Part shown: positions 20,271 to 29,045 of the stretch, piece after piece | How positions within the stretch are numbered: position 1 is the first letter of the stretch | Layout of the letters: the number at the start of each line of letters is the position of its first letter | Assembly: GCA_963725795.1 (NCBI GenBank) | Contig: CAVRZR010000003.1 | Span: forward strand, 387,359 to 451,358 | Source: an uncultured Actinomycetes bacterium | GTDB lineage: Bacteria; Actinomycetota; Coriobacteriia; Anaerosomatales; CAVRZR01 | DNA length: 64,000 nucleotides | Direction: 5' to 3' | Made by a program: the position numbers and the translations under genes | The notes under the pieces: generated by a model | Told to the model about the DNA's origin: nothing | The model's database searches: none | The model's input: only the letters and a program-made list of their open reading frames with translations

Positions 20271-21568
20271 CTACGCCGTCACGGCCACGGCGAGCGCCGG
20301 CGGTTCGGTGTCGCCGAGCGGCACGACGAACGTGCTCTACGGCGGAAACCAGACCTTCGCGATCACGTCCTGACGTCGGCCATCATACCGTTGACGTCCT
20401 CGTGGACGGCGTGAGCCAGGGCGCTCTGTCCGCGTACACGTTCTCGAGTGTCACGGCGAGCCACACGATCTCCGCGAGCTTCGCCGCGGACACCTTCACC
20501 ATAGCGACGGAACCGAGCGTGAATGGCACGATCACGCCGTCCTCGCCGACGGTGGAGTATGGCTCCAATCAGACGTTCCTGATCCAGCCGGATCCCGGCT
20601 ACCACGTCGCGGACGTCCTGGCTGACGGCGCGAGCCAGGGTGCGGTCAGCTCCTACACGTTCTACAACGTGAGCGCCGCCGGTCACACGATCTCGGCGGT
20701 GTTCGAGCTGGACGCAGCGACGGTGCTGGGAGTCTCCTCGGCGCACCAGCCTCCGGCAGCATTCGCTGCGCGCTCCAGCAGGCGCGCGGTGGATGGATTC
20801 ACACTCGCGCGCGTCTCAGGCTCGGATCCCATCTCGGCCACGGGCGTCACTGTCACGAACAGCGGTACGTCGCCTGAGGCGAACGTGAGCGGGGTCTATG
20901 TCTACCGTGACGACGGAAATGACGAGTTCGGGGTGCCCGACATCGCGCTGAACGTCACGGCCGGCAGCTTCAACAGTCCGACTGCGACGGTGACATTCGA
21001 CAGTCCGGAGTCCGTCGGCACCACGCCGACCCAGTACTGGCTGGTGTACGAGTTCGCGCCTCTCGCGAACGACGGTGTCACCACGGATTCGCGCATCGCC
21101 GAAGTGAACGCCGGTCCGATTCCGGTCGATTACACCGTGACGGCCGGCGCAACGTTCACCGTCGACGCCATTGGCCCCAGCGTGGCGATCGACGCTCCGA
21201 CGAATGACGCGACTCTCCTCGGCGCGTCCACCGTCATCTCCGGGACCGCGTCGGATTCCGGCTCCGGTGTAGGCCTGGTAGAGGTCTCGATACTGCGCTC
21301 CGACGGCAAGTTCTGGACGGGCTCCGATTGGTCTGCGACCCAGACGTGGCGCTCGGCGATCGGTACGTCCACGTGGACCTATGGCTGGGTCCTCGATGCG
21401 GAGCAGAGCGGTCTTCAGACCTACACCATCTCAGCGCGTGCGACCGACGGCGTCGGCACCGGGGGAGACGAGGCGCTCGTGACCGGTGTTCGGGTGGAGA
21501 ACTCCACCCCGATCGAAGTCTCCGACGTGCCTCCGCCGCACGTCAGTACCGGCGACGACACGGACGCG

Positions 21569-22396
21569 TGCGCGATGTGCCACCGCTCCCATACCTCGGC
21601 CTCGACCGATACATGGCAGAGCGGGGAGGCGTCGGCCGCGCAGCGGACGTCACTCAGTGTCGGAACCGGAACGTACGACGCCGGCATGTGCTACTCGTGT
21701 CACGGCGTCGAGTTGCTCGGTTCTGGGACGGACATCCAGACCCCATTCCAGAGCGGCTCCGGCCATGTCCTGGCCCCTGACACGAGCCCGTACGGGCCCT
21801 CCCCCAAGGAGTGCAGCGACTGCCACGATCCGCATGGCACCGACCATACCTCCGGCGGGACGCCATATCCGGCGCTCCTACGCTCAATGGACGCGAGCGG
21901 AAGTCCCGTATACCAAGGCGACGTCTACTGCGTGAGCTGCCATGAAGTGCGACCCGGCAGCACGTGGGACGGGTTGGGCGTCTGGCGCACAACGGCGCAC
22001 GCGGGCATGCCCGGCCCCGCTTCGGGCACGGGCATCGTCTGCTCCGACTGTCACGACCCGCATGGGTCACCGAACGCCCCGACGATCGCGCCTCGCGTGT
22101 ATCCGCCCTCAGCGCCGGCTACGGCGGCGGTGACGGCGAACGATCGGACGCTGTGCGTGGCGTGCCACGCCGAAGCGACGGCCACCTGGGGTGGCTCCTC
22201 GCTCTACTCCTCCAGCTCGCATGCCTCGTCCAACGCGACCGTCGGCATTCCTGGCGAGTGGCCGGATCCGGATGCCTCTCGAAAGGTCGGAGAGTGTCAG
22301 GTCTGTCACAACCCGATGGGAGAGGATGACGGTACGGGACGCGCCCTTCCCAAGCTCACGCGGATCTCGGGCGAGAACCTCTGCTACACGTGCCAC
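21569..22396 (+). other. heme block 1 of giant protein: 8 CXXCH motifs
   Basis: CAMCH (21569-21583), CYSCH, CSDCH, CVSCH, CSDCH, CVACH, CQVCH, CYTCH (22382-22396), all in frame 2. Confidence 0.85.
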
Positions 22397-22479
22397 GGTG
22401 CCACCGGCCCCGCCCGGACGGACATGCGCACGGTAGCGGTCGAAACCACGCTGACGAGCGCGTTCGAGGTCGTGGCGAG

Positions 22480-23610
22480 CTTCAGCGCCGCCGGTGACAT
22501 GCCGGACTACGGGCGCGTGCTCTATTACTCGCAAGACAGCTCCGCGACACCGCCGAGGCCTCTCCTGGGCGCGAGGCCGCTCCGGACTGCGGCGGGCGTC
22601 GGCGCCGTCGCGGCGGGTGACATCGACGGAAACGGTCGTGCCGAGATCCTCGTGGCAGACTCCGCCTCGCTGCAGATAGACGTCTTCGCGTACGACAAGC
22701 TTCGCGGCGTGTCCGACCGTGTCGGTCCGGGTCTCCTGCCGGTGGCCGCCACTGCCGAGTACCTCGCTGTTGGTGACGTGCTGCTGGACTCATGGGGATT
22801 GCCGGAAGTCGTGATGATCGACAGGGGCGCGAACGAGCTGTACGTCTATCGCTACGCAGCCGCGACGTGGACTCTGGTCGATGGGCCGATCGCGGTCGGC
22901 AACGTGAGCGGGATGACCATCGGTGATGTGACCGGGACGTCTCAGGCCGATGTCGTGCTCACCGTTCACGGGCCGGATCGTGTCGTCGTCCTGTCGGAGG
23001 ACTCAGGCCACCTGCTCGAGAGCTCAGTGTTCGGTGCGCGCGCGGGCGTGCGCGGTCCGAGCATCGGCGATGTGTTGTCGGAGCCGGGCAATGAGATCGT
23101 CGTGGCCAATGCCGACGAAACGAGCGACACCGTGTCGGTCTATCGTGCCGACGGCACGACGCTCGGCCACCTCAACGGTGATGAGCTGCCCGGTCAGCGT
23201 GCGACGGCGTCCGCGATAGGAGACGTCCTGCCTGAGGTTCCCGGCCCCGAGGTTCTTGTTTCTTACGCGGATCCTCTGGCGGGCAGTCGGCTGGACGTGT
23301 TCTCGCTCGATGCTACGACCGGTGTGGGCACCGTGGTCGGCTACGACGCGGGAGAGCGTTTCAACCCGGCTGCGATCGCGGTCGGGGACGTGAATGGAGA
23401 CGGGCACAGCGAAGCGCTGCTAGCAAACGCCGGGGCGTTCACGCGTGACGGATCGCGCGAGCGCGCCTCGGTCTCTGTGTTCCGCGCAAACGGAACGGGG
23501 GACGGGCTTGTCGGGCCTCAGATCCTCTCTGGCGGTGGCGCGGAACTCGCGAGCGGGACTGTCCAAGTCGCGATCGCGGACGTGGGAGCGACCCCTCAGA
23601 CTGGACACCC
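22480..23610 (+). other. FG-GAP/VCBS-type beta-propeller region of giant protein
   Basis: About seven repeats of the GD(I/V)(D/N/T)G.G..(E/D)(I/V/L)(L/V)V type: GDIDGNGRAEILVAD, GDVLLDSWGLPEVVMID, GDVTGTSQADVVLT, GDVLSEPGNEIVVAN, GDVLPEVPGPEVLVSY, GDVNGDGHSEALLAN, IADVGATPQ. Confidence 0.6.
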
Positions 23611-23674
23611 GATCGGCGCGGTCCCGGATACGCATGTGTCGACCGAGACGTTCACTCTCGCTCGCCACGTCGAG

Positions 23675-24382
23675 TGCGTCGACTGCCACTCTCACGACGC
23701 TGACAGCGCGGACGCCTCCGCCCCTGTCGTCTTCGGCGCGCTGAAGGGCGCGTGGGGAGTTGCGGTTCAGAATCAGTCATCGGCTGCATACGACCTGACA
23801 CAGCAGCAGGGAGTCCGCTACGAGTACGAGCTCTGCCTGAAGTGCCATTCGCAGTGGTCGGCTCTGGAAGGCAGCGCCGACCTGGCGTCTCTGGTAAACA
23901 CGCGGAACGCGTCGGTGCATGCGATCGAAGAGCCGTCCGCCGACGCGAGCATCCCGGCTGGTTCGTTCCAGGACGGCTGGAGTGACGACTCGGCGCTTTA
24001 TTGCACCTCGTGTCATGGGAACTCGAATCCTTCAGAACCCGCAGGCCCGCATCGCTCGGGTGAGGCGCCCATCCTCGTTCGACCGTACTGGGGCGTCGCC
24101 CCGGACGATGCGGCGGGTCTGTGCTACGAATGTCACCGATATGCCGTGTATCTGACGGGAGCGGAAGACACGTTGGCGGATCCGAAGAGCGCCTTCTACC
24201 TGTCCACGGGTTCGGGCTCCACGGGCCAAGAGGCGCTGCACTCCTACCACGCAGATACACTCGGGTTCGCCTGCGGCTCGTGTCACGTCTCACACGGCTC
24301 GCGGCAGGAGCTGCACTTGCTGCGTTCGGACATCGGCTACACGCCCGATGCGAGCGGCGGCTCGTGCGCGAATCAGTGCCAC
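23675..24382 (+). other. heme block 2 of giant protein: 5 CXXCH plus 1 CX3CH
   Basis: CVDCH (23675-23689), CLKCH, CTSCH, CYECH, CGSCH, CANQCH (24365-24382). Confidence 0.8.
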
Positions 24383-24451
24383 GGAACCGGAGGCGCGACC
24401 AGGTCGTACCTCAGGCCGTAGCCGCGAACGCCTGCGACAGTCGGTGGTCGG

Positions 24452-25510
24452 CTAGCGGACCACGTAGACAGCCGTTCCCACGTTCACGATGTCGTACAAC
24501 TCCTCGACGTTCGCGCGCAGCATTCGGATGCAACCGTGGCTCGCGGCGGTGCCGATGGAGCCGACCTTGTTCGTGCCATGGATGCGGATTCCGGACGCAT
24601 TCAGGTTCAACGCCCGCGTGCCGAGCGGGTTGCCCGGCCCGGGAGGGATATACGCGGGCATGCTGGCGGCCCATGCACTCCCCGGATTCGACCATGAAGG
24701 CCTGTACCGCTTGAGCACGATCTTGAACTGCCCGAGCGGAGTCGGGTAGCCCGGCATTCCGACGGCGACGCGGTACGACTTCACGAGTTTCGCGCCGTTG
24801 TACAAGTAGAGACGCCGCTCCGACTTGTCCACCACGATCGTCTTGCCGAAGGAGGCCTCCGTGACTTTCGGTTTGATGATCGTGACCGGCACGGCAACGG
24901 TCTTCGGCAGCTTCTTAGAAGAGACGATCGCTGTCCTGATCGCGGTCGTGGCCTTCCACCGTTGCAGCTGCTCGCCCTTGACTGAGGCGCGTATCGACAC
25001 ACGGTTGCCGGAGACTTTGCGTACCGCATTCACCGGTGCCTTGTCGATCTTCTTGGCAAGACCATTCACCCAGACTTGGATTGCGGTGGTGTTCACGGTG
25101 TACCGTGGCTTGATGTCGACGGTCTGCGTGGTGCCCGCCAGGCTCTCAATGACGCGCGAGGCGAACGTGCTCGCCTCCCGCACCCGGAACGCATCTTCGA
25201 TCATCGCGCTCTGGTTGACGGTCACGAACTTGCCGGCGTCCATGAAGTAGGTCCGCTTGTAGCGAACGTAGACTGGTCGCTGAAGCCAGTCGGCAACGCT
25301 CGTCTCGATACAAGCGCTCAGTTGTTCCCTCGTCATGCCGCCGATGTCTATGGGCGAACCCACAGGACGCGTGAGGCGGACACCCTCAGGCACGGTTTGG
25401 GCGGTGTCGAGGTCCGAGGCAACAGCCCATGCCATCGTTCCGGACAACATGAGCAACGCGATCGCGAGCAGACCTACGAGGAACCGTCTCGCCTTGCTGG
25501 GTGCTTCCAT
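24452..25510 (-). CDS. L,D-transpeptidase (YkuD domain) with N-terminal anchor
   Basis: MEAPSKARRFLVGLLAIALLMLSG anchor. C-terminal YkuD signature GIRIHGTNKVGSIGTAASHGCIRM. ATG taken at 25510; the ORF is open to 25651. Confidence 0.85.
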   Translation of the reverse strand: MEAPSKARRFLVGLLAIALLMLSGTMAWAVASDLDTAQTVPEGVRLTRPVGSPIDIGGMTREQLSACIETSVADWLQRPVYVRYKRTYFMDAGKFVTVNQSAMIEDAFRVREASTFASRVIESLAGTTQTVDIKPRYTVNTTAIQVWVNGLAKKIDKAPVNAVRKVSGNRVSIRASVKGEQLQRWKATTAIRTAIVSSKKLPKTVAVPVTIIKPKVTEASFGKTIVVDKSERRLYLYNGAKLVKSYRVAVGMPGYPTPLGQFKIVLKRYRPSWSNPGSAWAASMPAYIPPGPGNPLGTRALNLNASGIRIHGTNKVGSIGTAASHGCIRMLRANVEELYDIVNVGTAVYVVR

Positions 25511-25758
25511 CAAGTCCTCCTGCCGAGCGCCTGGGCGATCACCCGATATGTGCCCCGAAGCGGCTCGCGCCTGAAGCGAGCTGCCACTCGGGCGTATTCT
25601 ACAATGGATTGCGAGAGCAGATTGCCTCCCCGGGTGACGGCTCATCAGCAAAATCGAGGCCGCAGCCTCAGGGATTGCTCCGGTTATGGCCGTGGACGCT
25701 GATCGCGGTAGGGATCCGGCCGTTCGTGAAGATGGTGCAGGGATCAGGAGAGCGCGAC

Positions 25759-26138
25759 GTGCCCAGATCCATCCTTGTGGTAGATGATGCGGTCTTCATG
25801 CGGCGGCTCCTCCGCGCGGTGTTCCTTCAAGCCGGCTACCAGGTCCACGAGGCGGTAGGGGGACGAGACGCGTCGAGAAGTACGCCGAACTCCGACCGGA
25901 TCTTGTCACGATGGATCTGGCGATGCCGGGAATCGGGGGCTTTGACGCCATCGCTCGCATCCGCGCACACGATTCGGACGCGCGCATCGTGGTCATCAGC
26001 GCGGAGACCTCCGATGCGGCAGCCTCTCGAGCCACTGAGCTGGGGGCGGTCGCCTTCGTCCGCAAGCCGTTTCAGCCGGAAACCGTGCTCGACGCCGTGC
26101 GGAAGGGACTGCTCGTGCCGCGAGCCCCTCGCTGCTAG
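25759..26138 (+). pseudogene. CheY-like single-domain response regulator (one frame change near 25865)
   Basis: VPRSILVVDDAVFMRRLL...(frame 1) continues as VEKYAELRPDLVTMDLAMPGIGGFDAIARIRAHDSDARIVVISAE...AFVRKPF (frame 3). The shift lies in the G-run gtaggggga. Confidence 0.7.
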
Positions 26139-26143
26139 ACTGG

Positions 26144-27694
26144 TTGGTAGTCCTGCAACAGATGCGAGAGCGGAGGGGCATGGAGGCCGCCGAGTCTTCG
26201 GCGAGGGCGCTCAAGGGGGTCAGGGCTGCGACCAGCATGGCGATCGTCGGCGGAAGCGATCACGCCGCGGCCATTGTGCGGCTGCTGGTGAAGCTTCCCG
26301 GCGTCTCGATCACCTCCGTCTGTGCGGAAGCCTCCCAGCCTGCCGGCCGCTTTGCCGAGGCATCGGGAATCAGGCTCGTGGGCGAGCCACTGGACGCGCT
26401 CGCGTCAGATCCTGCACCGGACATCGTTCTCGACCTCTCGGAGGACGTGGTTACGCGCGCCGCGCTTGAGAGCGCGCTGCCTCCCAGCACCGAACTCCTG
26501 GGCGGAGCCTCTGCCGATCTACTCCTGGAAGTGCTCAGCGGCGCGGTTCACCAGCCGCCCGAGCACCCCCGGCAGTTCTCCGAGCTCGCGCAATCTGAGG
26601 CGATCGGCCGCGCTCGCCGCATGGAGGCGTCGAATGCCGCGCTTGCGCGTGCGAATCGTGATCTGGAAGCGCGTCTGGCCGAGGTCTACTTCATGCACGA
26701 GTTCGTGAAGGCGCTGGTCGCGTATCGCCGGATCGAGGACGTGTCGAGCGTCGTCGTTGATGCGTGCGCGGGTATCGTGGGCGCCGACCTCACGGCGGTC
26801 TACATTCTGGATCGCGAGGAATGGGTACTCCGGCTGGCCCAAGTTCAGGGCAGACCCATGTCGGGTGTCACCGCCGAGGTCCAGCTCTCGGATCCGCTGT
26901 TCGGACTCGCTGTCTCTGAGGGCAGCGCACGACTCGAAGACGGGCAGGCCTGCTCGGCCTGGCTGGCATCGGGTTCCGGTCGCGTTCGCACGCAGGTGGC
27001 ACTTGCCCTGCGGGCCGGAGGCGAGCCGATCGGCGTGTTGGCGCTGGGTTGGTCCGCACACCGCGGGTTGGAGACGCCGGAACTCGAGAGACTGCGCGTG
27101 ATGGCCGACCAGTCCGCTCTGTCGTTGCAGAACGCGCTGTTGCACGCAGAACTCGAGCAGATGTCGGTCACGGATCGCCTTACGGAACTCTTCAATCACG
27201 GCTACGTGACGCAGCGCTTGGATCAGGAGCTAGGGCGTGCCGGCCGCTTCGGCCACCCGCTCTCCGTGATCATGCTCGACATCGATGACTTCAAGGGGTT
27301 CAACGATCGCTACGGCCACATCATCGGGGACGAAGTGCTGCGGTCTGTGAGCAAGCTCATACGCGAGAACCTCCGTGAGATGGACGTTGCCGCCCGATAT
27401 GGCGGCGAGGAGTTCCTCGTTCTCGTGCCGGAGACAGGGCCCCGGGGCGCGCGAGCGGTTGCCGATCGTATCCGTGAGAGTGTTGCCAACAACGTGTTCT
27501 TGCGCGACGCCGCTGGGGAAGACGTTCACGCCTCAGTCTCGGTCGGCGTCGCGACCTTCCCTGCTGCGGGCGAAACGGTCGAGTCGCTCATCAGGGCCGC
27601 CGACGATGCGATGTACGCCGCCAAGCGCGCGGGTAAGAACCGGGTGACGCTATCGGACTTGAACCCCGACACGGGGGCCGCCGAGGAGGTCTGA
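26144..27694 (+). CDS. diguanylate cyclase: N-terminal domain, coiled coil, GAF, GGDEF (GGEEF active site, RxxD I-site)
   Basis: DRLTELFNHGYV...MLDIDDFKGFNDRYGHIIGDEVL...LREMDVAARYGGEEFLVLVPE. The preceding about 150 aa are GAF-like. Start codon uncertain (26144/26162/26180). Confidence 0.85.
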   Translation: MVVLQQMRERRGMEAAESSARALKGVRAATSMAIVGGSDHAAAIVRLLVKLPGVSITSVCAEASQPAGRFAEASGIRLVGEPLDALASDPAPDIVLDLSEDVVTRAALESALPPSTELLGGASADLLLEVLSGAVHQPPEHPRQFSELAQSEAIGRARRMEASNAALARANRDLEARLAEVYFMHEFVKALVAYRRIEDVSSVVVDACAGIVGADLTAVYILDREEWVLRLAQVQGRPMSGVTAEVQLSDPLFGLAVSEGSARLEDGQACSAWLASGSGRVRTQVALALRAGGEPIGVLALGWSAHRGLETPELERLRVMADQSALSLQNALLHAELEQMSVTDRLTELFNHGYVTQRLDQELGRAGRFGHPLSVIMLDIDDFKGFNDRYGHIIGDEVLRSVSKLIRENLREMDVAARYGGEEFLVLVPETGPRGARAVADRIRESVANNVFLRDAAGEDVHASVSVGVATFPAAGETVESLIRAADDAMYAAKRAGKNRVTLSDLNPDTGAAEEV

Positions 27695-27719
27695 GGCCGT
27701 TGCGGCCGACGCTATCCGG

Positions 27720-28061
27720 ATGAGCCTGAAGAGCGCCCTTCGCGCGCTACCTGACGACCGTGTCACGTTCACCACGACTGAGACCGTGGTGCGGTATCTC
27801 GATGGCCACCGGGCGGTCAGCGTCGACGCCTTCAAGATCGCCTCGGTCACGGGGCTCGACCCTGCCCGGATCCAACAGATCCTCACAGTCCTGGCCGAGG
27901 GCGGAGTGCTAGACTGCTTTGGCGAACCGCCCGGGTACAAGTTCGTCCGGGACAAGGTGCTGGAGATAGAGACCCAACTCTTCCTTCGGTCATCGCACAG
28001 CCACACGGATTCGCTCCAGTCGAACGTCGAGCGCTACAGACGGCTCTACGGCGGCAGGTAG
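27720..28061 (+). CDS. small hypothetical protein (possible winged-helix)
   Basis: 113-codon ORF in the same orientation, immediately after the cyclase. Segment IQQILTVLAEGGVLD resembles a recognition helix. No firm motif. Confidence 0.35.
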   Translation: MSLKSALRALPDDRVTFTTTETVVRYLDGHRAVSVDAFKIASVTGLDPARIQQILTVLAEGGVLDCFGEPPGYKFVRDKVLEIETQLFLRSSHSHTDSLQSNVERYRRLYGGR

Positions 28062-28086
28062 CGCGAGATACCCGGAGCGAGGGACG

Positions 28087-28983
28087 ATGGAACCCATCAA
28101 GGTGGGCGATCGCGGGCCCGCCGTGGAAGACATACAGCAGCGTTTGTCGTTGCTCGGCTACGACCTCGGAGCGGCCGGCATCGACGGCGTGCTCTTGGGC
28201 GACACACTCTCGGCGATCCGTCAGTTCCAGGCCGAGCGGGGTTTGCTCCCAGAGGGCGTGGTGGGCGACAAGACATGGGCGGCTCTCGTCGACGCGACGT
28301 TTCTCTTCGGCGACCGCATGCTCTATCTCCGAGTGCCTCACTTCCACGGGCGCGACGTGCTCGTGCTGCAGCAGGCCCTGAACGTGCTCGGTTTCCCATG
28401 CGCGCTCGACGCCATCTTCGGCACCCGTACGGAGAAAGCGCTGCGGGAGTTCCAGCGCAACGTGGCGCTGCCCGCCGATGGGATCGTCGGTCCCGACACC
28501 GTCTCCGCGATCCGCAACCTGAGACACCTGTGGGAGGGCAAGCACACGCACTTGCTGGATGCAGGGCTTGGGAACGAGGTTGCCAACGCGCGCCTGTTGG
28601 AGGCCACCGCCATCGATGTCCGTCCGGAGGACGCCGCGTCTGAGGAATTCACCGCGCGCGTGGCGAACCTCGCGTTCGCTCTCACAGACGACGCCCGCAT
28701 CAGCTTGCTCGCGCGGGCCGAGGAGCCAGCGGCGGACGCGGATGTGCTCGTCAGAGTTCAGGGCGGTGGCACGGACCTCGCTGTACCCGACGTGCCTTTC
28801 GTCATAGTCGGCGACGCAGTACCGGACGTCTTAGCCTCTCGGATGCGAATCGCATTCGCCGCGTCTGATGCGAAGCCGCGGGAGGTGCTGGTCGATGTCT
28901 CGTCGGCTATGAGCGGAGGCGAACGGGAGGCCCAGCAGGCGGCGGTACTTCTCCTCGACGCGCTCTGTGCGGCTTTGGACTGA
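28087..28983 (+). CDS. protein with two peptidoglycan-binding (PG_binding_1-like) repeats
   Basis: GDRGPAVEDIQQRLSLLGYDLG...IRQFQAERGLLPEGVVGDKTWAAL and GRDVLVLQQALNVLGF...LREFQRNVALPADGIVGPDTVSAI. Confidence 0.7.
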   Translation: MEPIKVGDRGPAVEDIQQRLSLLGYDLGAAGIDGVLLGDTLSAIRQFQAERGLLPEGVVGDKTWAALVDATFLFGDRMLYLRVPHFHGRDVLVLQQALNVLGFPCALDAIFGTRTEKALREFQRNVALPADGIVGPDTVSAIRNLRHLWEGKHTHLLDAGLGNEVANARLLEATAIDVRPEDAASEEFTARVANLAFALTDDARISLLARAEEPAADADVLVRVQGGGTDLAVPDVPFVIVGDAVPDVLASRMRIAFAASDAKPREVLVDVSSAMSGGEREAQQAAVLLLDALCAALD

Positions 28984-29045
28984 GCAGACCGGCAATGCTA
29001 GCCTAGAATGGTTCGACTGCATTCGATCATCCAGGGAGGCCTGTT

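Larger units (their letters stand above)
17159..24421 (+). pseudogene. giant (about 2,420 codons) chimeric surface multiheme cytochrome: N-terminal anchor, 5 InlB-B-repeat-like domains, 3 glycine-rich modules, Ig-like domain, 8 hemes, FG-GAP propeller, 6 hemes (3 frame changes as assembled)
   Basis: ORF pieces: 17159-~17737 (frame 2), ~17739-~18910 (frame 3), ~18910-20373 (frame 1), ~20370-24421 (frame 2). Protein sequence continues sensibly across each junction. N-terminal TM helix LALVGAAVIVALAMVVIGAIV. Domain details are in the sub-features. Confidence 0.75.
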
